A DNA stretch of 64,000 nt from Candidatus Marinacidobacterales bacterium (lineage in GTDB: Bacteria > Acidobacteriota > Vicinamibacteria > Marinacidobacterales > DATDRI01). A program made the translations under genes and the position numbers. Under the pieces are notes generated by a model that was not told where the DNA came from, searched no databases, and was given only the letters and a program-made list of their open reading frames with translations. Shown piece after piece: positions 9,267 through 18,943 of this stretch (its first letter is position 1; every line of letters starts with the position of its first letter). The stretch covers positions 5,152,001 through 5,216,000 of the forward strand of contig OZ245365.1 in assembly GCA_965226495.1 (NCBI GenBank). Reading direction: 5' to 3'.

Positions 9267-10184
9267 TTAGGGCGGCGACCCATCGCTAGTCAAACTTATC
9301 CAACCCTTGCCGACGAGAAACTCCTTGGCGACATCGGAAGCCCGCCGGCGATCGTTGTCCACAGCCCGGTTCATAGATCGCATCGAGGGTTCGTCGATCG
9401 CTCCTCCCAACATTTGGATTACTTCTCGAAAGGCGGGATGGGCCTCGGCGGTCTCCGGCCGGTACACCGGGGCAGCGTAATAGGGCGGAAAGAAGCGTTG
9501 ATCATCTTCCAACACGGCGAGACCGAATTTTTCGATGAGCCCGTCGGTAGAGTTTCCTGCAATGAGATCCACTTTCTCCTCGACCAACGCTTGGTAGATG
9601 AGACCGAGCTCCATCCCTCGGGGAGCTATGGCGAAGTCGAGCCCGTAGGCTTTGGTGAATCCCCGATAGCCATCCTGGCGCTCCAAGAATTCGTGCCCGA
9701 AGCCGGTTCGAATGGACTTAACGTGAGCAGCCAGATCGGAGATGCGGCTGAGCCCGAGACTCTCGGCATGCTCGGCCCGCATCGCCATCGCGTACGTATT
9801 GTTGAATCCCAAAGACGGGCCCCAGGCAAGTCCGTAGCGTTCCCGATACTCCTCCTGGACCCGCCGATAGACCTCGTCGGGATCATGCAAGACCGGTTCT
9901 CTCAAGATCGCGGTGAGGGCGGTGCCGGTATATTCGATATAGACATCCATTTGCCCCGACTCCATTGCGGAGTGACAGATGAACGAGCCGCCCAAGTTGA
10001 GCCTCCGCTCGACCGAAAGGCCCCGGTCCTCGAGAAGCAAGGCCACGATCTCGCCCAGAATGACCTGCTCGCTGAAGTTCTTGGAACCGACGACGACCGC
10101 CGACCGCTCGCAAGCGATGCCTGTAACGCCTGCAAATAATGTAGCTAGCAAGAACGGCGCGAAAGCGGCGTACGCCACTCTCAA
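9267..10184 (-). CDS. Glycine betaine/osmoprotectant ABC transporter substrate-binding lipoprotein
   Basis: VGSKNFSEQ, EYTGT, GFNNTY, FFPPY; lipobox GIAC; start approximate. Confidence 0.9.
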   Translation of the reverse strand: MRVAYAAFAPFLLATLFAGVTGIACERSAVVVGSKNFSEQVILGEIVALLLEDRGLSVERRLNLGGSFICHSAMESGQMDVYIEYTGTALTAILREPVLHDPDEVYRRVQEEYRERYGLAWGPSLGFNNTYAMAMRAEHAESLGLSRISDLAAHVKSIRTGFGHEFLERQDGYRGFTKAYGLDFAIAPRGMELGLIYQALVEEKVDLIAGNSTDGLIEKFGLAVLEDDQRFFPPYYAAPVYRPETAEAHPAFREVIQMLGGAIDEPSMRSMNRAVDNDRRRASDVAKEFLVGKGWISLTSDGSPP

Positions 10185-10816
10185 CGGCTTCTCACCATGA
10201 ATCTCTCCAACCATCCGAGCAACCCATCGGCAATGATTGCAAGAAGCGCCGCGGGGATAGCGCCAGCGAGTATGAGCCGATTATCCACCGTCGAAAGCCC
10301 CCGGAAGATAAAGTCTCCGAGTCCGCCGGCTCCGATCGCCGCCGCGATCGTGGCGAGGCCGACCGAGACCACTGTGGCGATCCGAACCCCTGCCAGGATG
10401 GTGGGTAAAGCCAGCGGGATCTCCACGAACCGCAGCCTCTGCCAGTCCGTCATGCCCATTCCACGGCCCGCCTCGACAACGGCAGGATCGACAGAAAGAA
10501 TGCCGGTGTAGGTGTTGCGAAGAATGGGGAGCAACGCGTAGAGCACGAGAGCGATGATGGCGGTACGCGCACCGATCCCGCCAAAGAGAGGGAGCGGGAT
10601 GAGGAATCCAAACAAAGCAAGACTCGGCACGGTCTGCATCACGCTGGCAAACCCAATGACGGGTCGAGCAAGCCGAGGTCGACGCGTCAGCAACAACCCG
10701 AGCGGAACTCCCACCGCGACCGCCAGCCCCGTCGCCACCAGCACGAGAAAGATATGCTGAGCAGTCATCGTTGCCAGTTCGCTGCGCCGCTCTACGAGAA
10801 AGCCCAAGAAATCCAT
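10181..10816 (-). CDS. Osmoprotectant ABC transporter permease
   Basis: QTVPSLAL, EAGRGMGM EAA loop, IGAGGLG. Confidence 0.92.
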   Translation of the reverse strand: MDFLGFLVERRSELATMTAQHIFLVLVATGLAVAVGVPLGLLLTRRPRLARPVIGFASVMQTVPSLALFGFLIPLPLFGGIGARTAIIALVLYALLPILRNTYTGILSVDPAVVEAGRGMGMTDWQRLRFVEIPLALPTILAGVRIATVVSVGLATIAAAIGAGGLGDFIFRGLSTVDNRLILAGAIPAALLAIIADGLLGWLERFMVRSR

Positions 10817-10818
10817 AA

Positions 10819-11547
10819 CTACTGAAGGAGCTCCCGGACGAAATCGTCGGCAGGTTGCTCGACGATTTCCTGCGGCGGACCGATCTGCTTGATCTGCCCC
10901 TGGTCCATCACCGCGATACGGTCAGCCAGCCGCAGAGCCTCTTGCACGTCGTGAGTGACGAATACAACCGTCTTGCCCAGTCGCTCTTCTAGCTCCCGGA
11001 ACTCCCCCTGAAGCCGCCGACGGGTGATCGGATCCAGCGCTCCGAAGGGCTCGTCCATCAGAAGAAGCGGGGGATCGACGGCGAGAGCTCTTGCCACCCC
11101 TACCCTCTGCTTTTGCCCGCCGGATAATTGCGAAGGTCGCTTCGTCGCAAACTCGTCGGGCTCCAGCCCTACTAGGCTCAACAGCTCATGGGCACGGGCG
11201 CGGCGCTTGTCCGGCTCCCAACCCTCGAGCCTCGGAACCAAAGCGACGTTGTCTTCAACGTTAAAGTGCGGAAGGAGTCCGACTTCCTGAATCACGTACC
11301 CCGCTCGGCGACGCAGTTGGATGCGATCCCAGTCCGCGGTCTCTTTTCCTTGGACCATCACCTTGCCTTCATCCGGTTCAATCAGGCGGTTTATCATCTT
11401 GAGGCACGTCGTCTTCCCCGAGCCGCTCGACCCCAACAACACCAGCGTCTCTCCCTGCTCAACACGGAATGAGACGCTCGACAGAGCCTGCTGACCGGGA
11501 GCAAAAGATTTGGAGACCGAACGGAACTCGACTGCGGACTCTGTCAA
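10819..11547 (-). CDS. Osmoprotectant ABC transporter ATP-binding protein
   Basis: GSSGSGKT, LSGGQ, MDEPFGALDP. Confidence 0.92.
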   Translation of the reverse strand: MTESAVEFRSVSKSFAPGQQALSSVSFRVEQGETLVLLGSSGSGKTTCLKMINRLIEPDEGKVMVQGKETADWDRIQLRRRAGYVIQEVGLLPHFNVEDNVALVPRLEGWEPDKRRARAHELLSLVGLEPDEFATKRPSQLSGGQKQRVGVARALAVDPPLLLMDEPFGALDPITRRRLQGEFRELEERLGKTVVFVTHDVQEALRLADRIAVMDQGQIKQIGPPQEIVEQPADDFVRELLQ

Positions 11548-12386
11548 TTCGTAGCCTCAGACTTTCCGGCCCTCGACAAGCTTGACAGGCTCGACAGGCC
11601 GTAGAGCGCGGCCGCCAAGAGAACGATGAGTGGGCCTGTGGGCGCATCGACTCCCCAGGCATTCGAAAGCCAAAAGGATAAGAAGAGCCCCGCCGTCGTG
11701 CAGGAGGCGCTCACGAGAACCGCAAGGACCATCATCTTCTTCAGATCCACGGACCATTGTTGCGCAATAGCGGCGGGGAGACTGAGCAACGCGATCACGA
11801 GGATGACACCCACCACACGTATCAAGCTAACGACCGCCAGAGCGATCAGTGCCATAAGAGTCAAGAAAAGACCTTCTACCGGCTCACCGACGACTTGTGC
11901 AAACTCCTCGTCGAATGCAATCGCTCGAAGTTGGTCGAACAACAACGCAACCGCCAGAAGGATGACTACGTCCACGCCCGCGATCAGATAAAGGTATTCT
12001 TTCGAGACCAGAACGAGGCTGCCAAACAAGTAGCTCGTCAAATCCGGAGCATAGCCCGGCGTCATCGCGATGAAGACCATACCCAAAGCCATCCCCACCG
12101 CCCAGACCATCGCGATGAGGGTGTCCAACCCTGAACCGAGCCGTCGATAGGCAATCCCAACACCGAGGCCGGACAACAACCCGAAACCGAGCGCGCCCAT
12201 CATGGGATTGAATCCGAAGAAATATCCCAATCCCACGCCCCCGAAGGCGGCATGCGACAGGCCTCCCGAGACGGATACCATCCGTCTCACCATCACATAG
12301 GTCCCGATGATTCCGCCCGCGACGCTGGCCAGGAGTCCGGCCGCAAGCGCCCGCTGAAAGAAAGGAAATTCGAGGGCGTCCCACAT
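11544..12386 (-). CDS. znuB: Zn/Mn ABC transporter permease
   Basis: LSHAAFGG, YLFGS, FDEEFA; start MWDALEF adjoins the upstream gene. Confidence 0.85.
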   Translation of the reverse strand: MWDALEFPFFQRALAAGLLASVAGGIIGTYVMVRRMVSVSGGLSHAAFGGVGLGYFFGFNPMMGALGFGLLSGLGVGIAYRRLGSGLDTLIAMVWAVGMALGMVFIAMTPGYAPDLTSYLFGSLVLVSKEYLYLIAGVDVVILLAVALLFDQLRAIAFDEEFAQVVGEPVEGLFLTLMALIALAVVSLIRVVGVILVIALLSLPAAIAQQWSVDLKKMMVLAVLVSASCTTAGLFLSFWLSNAWGVDAPTGPLIVLLAAALYGLSSLSSLSRAGKSEATN

Positions 12387-13144
12387 TATTCTTGATGATC
12401 GTCGAAGACCCGATGGGCGCGCCCATGCGCCACGAGATCCACCGGACAGCCATAGGCCGCTTCGAACATCTCTTGGGTGATCTCTTTCGAATGATGGTAG
12501 TAGAGACGTCGGTTCAAACAAGCCACCGTCTTGACGTAGCGGGAGATGACTCCGACGTCGTGGGAGACGAGGACGAGAGTGATCTCGTGCGCGAGATCCT
12601 TCAAGAGCTCGAAGACACTGACACCGATTCGTGTATCGAGGCTTGCCGTTGGCTCGTCTAGTAACAGCAAGATAGGCTCTACCGCGAGCGCCCGAGCGAT
12701 CATCACTCGCTGCAACTCCCCACCGGACAACCTTCCGATTTGCCGCCCCGCCTGGTCGGCCATCTCCACTTTGTCGAGAGAGCTCAGGGCAACGTCTCGG
12801 TCTCGTTTGCTAGGCTGGCGAAAGAGCCTCCGCGAACCGATCCGACCCATCAGGACCACATCGAGAACGTTCACCGGAAAGCTCGCATCGAAACGGGTGT
12901 ACTGAGGCACGTAACCGATCCGCCCCCGCGCCTTCGCCGGAGACTCTCCGAGGACGTGCACCGACCCGCGATCCGGTGAAAGGAGACCCAAGATCACGCG
13001 AAGCAAAGTGCTCTTGCCGCTGCCATTGGGGCCAATGAGACCTAGATAATTTCCTTCGTCCAACCTGAGGTTGACGGCCTCTAAGACCGGCCTCCCTTTG
13101 AACGAGAGCCAGACATCTTTGATTTCGACGATCGGTTCTTTCAT
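12386..13144 (-). CDS. znuC: Zn/Mn ABC transporter ATP-binding protein
   Basis: GPNGSGKS, GYVPQ, LSGGE, His-rich tail. Confidence 0.87.
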   Translation of the reverse strand: MKEPIVEIKDVWLSFKGRPVLEAVNLRLDEGNYLGLIGPNGSGKSTLLRVILGLLSPDRGSVHVLGESPAKARGRIGYVPQYTRFDASFPVNVLDVVLMGRIGSRRLFRQPSKRDRDVALSSLDKVEMADQAGRQIGRLSGGELQRVMIARALAVEPILLLLDEPTASLDTRIGVSVFELLKDLAHEITLVLVSHDVGVISRYVKTVACLNRRLYYHHSKEITQEMFEAAYGCPVDLVAHGRAHRVFDDHQE

Positions 13145-13980
13145 TGTTCCAAGGGTTTCAAAGCTTTCTCGAAGGCGATCGAAACCCGCCTCATGTTTTC
13201 TAGCCAGTCGCGCGCCAAGGGGTCGAGTGTCTCGACACGCGCCCCGACCTCTTCCGCCACGACACGAGCGCTCTCCTTAGAGAATTGCGGCTGCACGAAT
13301 ATGGTACTCGCCCTTTCCCGCTTCGCCTCTTCTATGAACGCAGCGAGGGCACCGGCGCCGGGCTTTTTTCCACCCTCCTCCAAGCTCACCTGCTGGAGCC
13401 CGTACTCCCGGGCGAAGTTTCCCCAGGCGGCGTGGAACACGAACACCTTTCGTCCCGAGTACGGCTCCAACCGAGTGCGTATCTCGGAATCGAGCTCATC
13501 GATCTCGGTCAGAAAGTCCACCAGGTTCTCATCCATCATCTCCTGCCCCTCCGGCAGAATTTCTCCCAGAGCGATAGCGATGCGTTCCGCGCTGGATCGA
13601 ACGAGCCGAGGCGAAAGCCAGATGTGGGGGTCGTAGTCATCCGTCGCCGCACCATGAACGACCTCGAGGTCCAGGTACTCGGATAGGAGTTTGTCGACCC
13701 ACACAGCCTCGAACGCGAAATGCGGATGCCCCACCGCAACGTAGAGCCTCGCCCGCGCGAGTCGGGTCAGCTCGTCGATGCCCGGTTCGTACGTAGATGG
13801 ATTGGCTCCAGGAGGAATCATAACCGCAATCGTCACCCGATCCCCCGCGATCTTCTCGACGAAGTAAGACTGCGGCAGAACCGATACCGCGACTACCGGG
13901 AGATCGGGAGTTTCTTTTCCTCCCCGACACCCTGCCACCACCAGCAGTGCGCCTATCAGTCCCGATCGAACCAGAGCCAT
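13141..13980 (-). CDS. znuA: Zn/Mn ABC transporter substrate-binding lipoprotein
   Basis: Lipobox VAGC, PGANP.TYEP, DPHIWLSP, VFHAAW. Confidence 0.85.
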   Translation of the reverse strand: MALVRSGLIGALLVVAGCRGGKETPDLPVVAVSVLPQSYFVEKIAGDRVTIAVMIPPGANPSTYEPGIDELTRLARARLYVAVGHPHFAFEAVWVDKLLSEYLDLEVVHGAATDDYDPHIWLSPRLVRSSAERIAIALGEILPEGQEMMDENLVDFLTEIDELDSEIRTRLEPYSGRKVFVFHAAWGNFAREYGLQQVSLEEGGKKPGAGALAAFIEEAKRERASTIFVQPQFSKESARVVAEEVGARVETLDPLARDWLENMRRVSIAFEKALKPLEQ

Positions 13981-14037
13981 GAGCCACTCTATCGGGGCGT
14001 CGAGCAGAAGGTCAAGCTGACGGGTTACAATCACGCC

Positions 14038-15891
14038 ATGAAGACGGTTCCGCTCCCACCGATTCTGCCCAGCCCGAAACAGATTCGACCGTTAAAGGGA
14101 ACGTTTCGACTGAGCGATGGACTGCCTATTGTGCTCGCGCCCCGCTCTTCGGATTCCGACTTCCGGGCCGCCCGAGCTCTCCAAACTCTGGCGCGTCACG
14201 AGGCTGGCGTGGCACTCGCGGTCGAGACTCACAGCCGCGTCAAGGACCTAGGACCGCGCATCGAGCTACGACGCCGGGGGGCGCGGGGACAATCCTACCG
14301 ATTGGAAGTGCGAACCAAGCTCATCGAGGTCATGGCGGAAGGTTCCGCCGCGCTTCGCTACGCGGTCGAAACGCTGGGACAGCTCATAGGACCCCGAGGA
14401 GAAATTCCCGCCTGTCGAGTACAGGACGAGCCCGACCTCGCGCTTCGCGGCATCATGATCGATATCTCGCGAGGCAAGGTGCCGACCCTCGAAACGCTGC
14501 GGGCCCTCGTCGACCTGTGTGCGCGCATCAAGCTGAATACCCTGATGCTCTACACCGAGCATACGTTTCGTTTCCGCCGTCACCCCGAGATCGGACGCGA
14601 CGCCTCGCGGCTCGATGCCGCCACCATCCGTGAGCTAGATGCTTACGCAGCCGAGAACCACATCGAGCTCATCCCCACACTTCAGTCTCTCGGCCATGCG
14701 CACCACATCCTCAAGATCCCTCGCTACCGTGGCTTGGCGGAGTCCGATCGTTTGTGGTCTCTGTCACCCAACCAGCCCGGCACGTACGAGCTGCTACGGG
14801 ATCTCTACGATGAGTACCTGCCCAACTTTCGCTCTCGCCTCTTCAACGCCAACTGCGACGAACCGGTCGATCTCGCCGACAATAAGTCCTACTTCGAGCA
14901 CGTCGAGCGCGTACGAGAGTTGGCCCAATTCCACGGAAAGCGAACGATGATTTGGGGCGACTTCGTGCAGAAGCACCCCAAGAGTATCGGCCAACTCGAT
15001 CGTGACCTGGTGCTTCTCGACTGGTGGTACGAAGCCAAACACGATTTCGATCGCGTCCGCATCTTTTCCGAGCACGGTATCGACTTCCTGGTGTGTCCCG
15101 GTACCTCGAGCTGGAACACCCTCTTCCCTCGACTGGCCAACAGCATCGCCAACATCTCTGGCTACGCCGCCGCCGGGAAGCGTCATGGGGCATGGGGACT
15201 CATCAACACCGACTGGGGAGACGGAGGACACTACAATCTCTTGGGAAACTCCTGGTTCGGCTTTGCATGGGGAGCCCAGCAGGCCTGGGCAGGAGACGTG
15301 CCCAAGGGTGATTTCAATCGCGCCTTCTCGCACGTTCTCTTTGGCGATCGCAGCGGAAAGATCGCGCGCGCCTACCGAGCGCTCGGTGCGCTCCACGGCA
15401 CGGGATTCACCGTCTTCAACGGGTCACCCATCCAATCCCTTTATTTCGATGACTTGGGACCGGCGAAGTTCACGGCCCAATCCAAGGCACCGGCATTAAA
15501 GAAGACTGCGGAGAGTTTGAAGAAGGTGCGAGACTCTATCCAAGACCTCGACAAAGCCTTTGTGCGAGAGAAACTCACCCAACAGGAACTTCTCCTGGCG
15601 GCGGACGCTTCGCTTCTCGCGGTACGAAAGGGTCTCGCGGGCCTGGAGTATCTCGCCTGGCGCCGTCAACCCTCATCCGTGCGCCCGGGCGAACGCCGGA
15701 AGCTTTCCCGGCAGTTCGCTCTTCTAGCGTCTCAGCAGGCTGAGCTCGGGAAGACGCTCTGGCGCTTGTGGCGGGAAAGAAATCAGCCATCCAACTTCGA
15801 GATCACCAAGAAGAAGCTGGATGCTTCCATTCGAAGCCTCCGCCGCGCCTCACGTGAGCTCGAGCAGAACCGCCCGCGCCGCATCGAATAG
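14038..15891 (+). CDS. Glycoside hydrolase family 20 (beta-N-acetylhexosaminidase-like), no signal peptide
   Basis: RGIMIDISRG, LYTEHTF, QSLGH, NANCDE catalytic DE, TDWGDGGH; TACAAT 6 nt before the ATG suggests a leaderless mRNA. Confidence 0.87.
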   Translation: MKTVPLPPILPSPKQIRPLKGTFRLSDGLPIVLAPRSSDSDFRAARALQTLARHEAGVALAVETHSRVKDLGPRIELRRRGARGQSYRLEVRTKLIEVMAEGSAALRYAVETLGQLIGPRGEIPACRVQDEPDLALRGIMIDISRGKVPTLETLRALVDLCARIKLNTLMLYTEHTFRFRRHPEIGRDASRLDAATIRELDAYAAENHIELIPTLQSLGHAHHILKIPRYRGLAESDRLWSLSPNQPGTYELLRDLYDEYLPNFRSRLFNANCDEPVDLADNKSYFEHVERVRELAQFHGKRTMIWGDFVQKHPKSIGQLDRDLVLLDWWYEAKHDFDRVRIFSEHGIDFLVCPGTSSWNTLFPRLANSIANISGYAAAGKRHGAWGLINTDWGDGGHYNLLGNSWFGFAWGAQQAWAGDVPKGDFNRAFSHVLFGDRSGKIARAYRALGALHGTGFTVFNGSPIQSLYFDDLGPAKFTAQSKAPALKKTAESLKKVRDSIQDLDKAFVREKLTQQELLLAADASLLAVRKGLAGLEYLAWRRQPSSVRPGERRKLSRQFALLASQQAELGKTLWRLWRERNQPSNFEITKKKLDASIRSLRRASRELEQNRPRRIE

Positions 15892-15958
15892 CGTAGACAG
15901 GCGCAGGCTCGCGTGCGCAGCACCACTTCGATCTTGTCAAGAAGAACTTCGGCCCTTT

Positions 15959-17860
15959 TTAGAAAGTATTGTCTTTAGGGCGAGAGTCGTCCTCTTCCTT
16001 CTCTTCGAGCCCATCGTCTTGTTCTGATTCCTTCGTTTCCTCGGCCACGGCGGGCTCCGTCGACTCCTCTCGCTCCGGTTCCTCCGGTTCTATCGCGGGC
16101 TCAGGGGCCGGCCTATCGTAGTCCGAGGTATCGATGTCAGCAGCCCGGAGCTCTGGTTCTGCCGCCTCCAATGCCGGTTCGGGCTCCGGCTTATCGTAGT
16201 CCGAGGTATCGATGTCAGCAGCCCGGAGCTCCGGTCCTTCCGCCTCCAATGCCGGTTCGGGCTCCGGCTTATCGTAGTCCGAGGTATCGATGTCGGCGGG
16301 TCGGAGCTCTGGCTCCTCGTCTTCCTGTGGCTCGCTCTGTCGCTCTGTCTCTGGCTCTGACGCTTCCTCGCTCGCGGGGGTCACGGGTTCCTCGTCGAGT
16401 GCCAAGGTTTCGTCCGGCGAAGCTGATTTTTCGGGCGCCCCGTCCTCCGTCAAGGATTCCAAAGCAGCAGCGGTGACACCGGCCACCTCCGCCGCGGGTG
16501 TTTCCTCGGACTGGGGTTGGGGCTCCTGCTCCTCCTTACTCTCCGCCTGTTGCTCTCGGGCCTCGGGCTGCCTCTCGGGTCTCCGCTCGCGCGACTCGCG
16601 ATCTCTATCCCTCCATCCGCGATCCCGGTCGCGCTGACGATCGGGGCGTCGTTCGGTCCTCGGCTCCGGTGCGGGTGGCCGCTGTCCTCGAGCCGAGCTC
16701 CGGAACACGAGGTCGTAGAGCGGCAGGAGCTTCTCCCAACCGAAGTTGTCTTTGATGTAGCTCTGTCCTTGGCGGCCCAATCCCCGAGCCAGGTTCTTGT
16801 CCTCGAGTAACAACTCCAGGATCCCTTCGAACTCCTCGTAGTTCTTATAGTAGAGACCGGCGTTCGATTTTCGACAATGATCGACGAGAACCTTCGAGCC
16901 GCCATGAACGACGACCGGGATTCCGACGGAGAAGGCCTCTAGAGCCACGATGGAGAGACTCTCGAGGCGGGATGGGATCATCACCGCCGTGGCACTCGCC
17001 ATCGCGGCTAGCTTCTCGTCCTCTTGGAGGAACCCAAGATAGCGAATGTCCCGAGAATTCGGGATCGACATATTCTTCTTGCCCATCAAGACGAGTTGCA
17101 GGTTACCGACGTCGGGGTGTCTCTCTCTAAAAGTCGTAAAGAACTTGAAGAGCTCGCCACACCCTTTCCCCTCGTCGATTCTTCCCGCATAGAGGAGAAA
17201 TCGGTTGGACACGCGTTGCTTCCTTCGGAACGTTTCAGTATCGGGCGCATCCAGCAGATCCATCCCTATGCCGACGGTCTCCCGCATCTTCCGATGAACG
17301 TCGAATCGTTCGAGCACCAAGAGCTCCTCGGCCTCGGTGTTGAAGATGAAGGAGTTCGCGTTTTCGAAGACCTCCTTGTAGATTCCGAGTTTTAGGGGCG
17401 GCTCGTCGTGCGCCGTCGGCACCAGGACGCTTTTCTCGGGCGCGATCTGGATCCCGTGAAAAGTCGGGTGATAGAGATAGGTGAAAAAAACGAGCAGGTC
17501 GTACCTCTTGTGCTCATTCTTCAGGTATTCGATGAGCTTCGGGGCAACCGGCCCCTGCATCTCGAGCCACTTGAGCTCGTCTTCGCGGGTATGCTCGTTC
17601 GCGTAGATCCAATCCGAGTACTCGTTGAACTCCTCGAGGTTCCGCTCTTGTTCCACCGGGAACCGGAGCACCTTGACTCCACGCAACTTTTCTTCGCTCT
17701 CCGGATACTCGTTCTTCCAGGTGACGTAGTCGCGAGCGGTGGTGGTCAACACATCGATCTGGTGCTGGCGGGCCTGCCTTTCGGCGATTTGACGGGCCAG
17801 GGTCTCCGCTCCGCCCGGGATCTCCCGCCCGTAGCGTTGAATGACAAAGGCGAGCCTCAT
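15959..17860 (-). CDS. GT4 glycosyltransferase with long charged, repeat-containing C-terminal tail
   Basis: QRYG...GGAE, PTAHDE, GRIDEGKG, ESLSIVALEA; about 240-aa low-complexity tail. Confidence 0.9.
   Translation of the reverse strand: MRLAFVIQRYGREIPGGAETLARQIAERQARQHQIDVLTTTARDYVTWKNEYPESEEKLRGVKVLRFPVEQERNLEEFNEYSDWIYANEHTREDELKWLEMQGPVAPKLIEYLKNEHKRYDLLVFFTYLYHPTFHGIQIAPEKSVLVPTAHDEPPLKLGIYKEVFENANSFIFNTEAEELLVLERFDVHRKMRETVGIGMDLLDAPDTETFRRKQRVSNRFLLYAGRIDEGKGCGELFKFFTTFRERHPDVGNLQLVLMGKKNMSIPNSRDIRYLGFLQEDEKLAAMASATAVMIPSRLESLSIVALEAFSVGIPVVVHGGSKVLVDHCRKSNAGLYYKNYEEFEGILELLLEDKNLARGLGRQGQSYIKDNFGWEKLLPLYDLVFRSSARGQRPPAPEPRTERRPDRQRDRDRGWRDRDRESRERRPERQPEAREQQAESKEEQEPQPQSEETPAAEVAGVTAAALESLTEDGAPEKSASPDETLALDEEPVTPASEEASEPETERQSEPQEDEEPELRPADIDTSDYDKPEPEPALEAEGPELRAADIDTSDYDKPEPEPALEAAEPELRAADIDTSDYDRPAPEPAIEPEEPEREESTEPAVAEETKESEQDDGLEEKEEDDSRPKDNTF
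16114..16312 (-). repeat. In-frame 78-bp tandem repeat, about 3 copies (PELRAADIDTSDYDKPEPEPALEAxx)
   Basis: Unit TATCGTAGTCCGAGGTATCGATGTC starts at 16114, 16192 and 16270. Confidence 0.95.
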
Positions 17861-18942
17861 TGCGATACCTCCTGGATGTGACTGATATGCCTAATGTAGT
17901 TGATGAGCTCCGCCTCGACCCGTTGGGGACGAAAGCGCTCGAGGCGTTGCCGCTGACCGGCCAAGACCCTCTCTCGCAAACTTTCATCGGTTGCTAGTAA
18001 ATGGCCCATCTCGGCTAACTCTTCGTACTTCTTCTGACTAAACTGCACTCCTGACTCTCCTAAAGTGTCTGGTACCGCGCCCGCTTGATAGGCCATGACC
18101 GGCACCTCGAGTAACATCGATTCCACCAGCGGCACCGCAAACCCCTCATGCTCGCTCATACTGACAAAAACGTCTGCCGTGCGATAGCAGGCGAGCAGAT
18201 CCTCCCAAGCGAGGTGTCCGGTAAACGTGAACTCGCTGGGCATCAGGCCCCAATAGTGGGCAAGTTCCTGTACCGACTGCTGATAGCGTGCCATACGACC
18301 GGCACGTCCGACTACGATAAAACGAAAATCCTCTGATACGTACTTCTTGTAGAAAAACGCCATCCGCACCAGATCCTCGAAACGTTTGTTGGGAAAGATG
18401 CGGCCGACGAAAAGAAAATTCACCCGACGCCGGCTGAACATCTCCTCCAATACCGAGTTCGGCTCGGCTCGGTAACGCTCGAAGTCCAGGAGAATAGGCA
18501 GTACGCCGGTTCGCTCGAAACCTACCTCCTCTAGCTCCTCTCGATTGTATTCCGAATCGCCGAGCGCGAGGTCGGTGACATCGGCGAGAGAACGAAGTTC
18601 CTCTCTCCCTTTCACGGCAATGCGCACGAGTTCGTCGTCGAGGCCGAGAAAATAAGAGGCCGGCGTGATGTTGTGGTAGATGATCACTTTTTTTCCGGTG
18701 AAGTTCCGAAGCGCGTCCGTCAGCGGAGATGGCAAGGCAAAGTGAAGAATGGCCACGTCGTCCGGTCCCGCAGACGGTCGCTCGCTCAGTGGTAGGAACT
18801 CACCCCGGACTTCCTCGTCCACCTCGAGCGCGTACAGATCGGATGAAAAACCGGCTCCACGAAGCGCCGTGCGGATCCGAAGCGCCTCGTCACCGATGGC
18901 ATCACCGAAGTGACCTCGCGGCAACCACTGATCGACGCGCAT
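17857..18942 (-). CDS. GT4 glycosyltransferase
   Basis: GDAIGDE, YHNITP, FVGRIFPNK, SEHEGFAVPLVE. Confidence 0.9.
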   Translation of the reverse strand: MRVDQWLPRGHFGDAIGDEALRIRTALRGAGFSSDLYALEVDEEVRGEFLPLSERPSAGPDDVAILHFALPSPLTDALRNFTGKKVIIYHNITPASYFLGLDDELVRIAVKGREELRSLADVTDLALGDSEYNREELEEVGFERTGVLPILLDFERYRAEPNSVLEEMFSRRRVNFLFVGRIFPNKRFEDLVRMAFFYKKYVSEDFRFIVVGRAGRMARYQQSVQELAHYWGLMPSEFTFTGHLAWEDLLACYRTADVFVSMSEHEGFAVPLVESMLLEVPVMAYQAGAVPDTLGESGVQFSQKKYEELAEMGHLLATDESLRERVLAGQRQRLERFRPQRVEAELINYIRHISHIQEVSQ

Positions 18943-18943
18943 G

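Noticed and set aside
9195-10139. Long antisense ORFs (also 28437-29291, 54864-55817, 61641-62576)
   Set aside because: These are shadow frames of well-supported genes in GC-rich DNA, with no recognisable motifs.
16114-16312. CRISPR array
   Set aside because: The units are contiguous in-frame 78-bp coding repeats with no unique spacers, and there are no cas genes.
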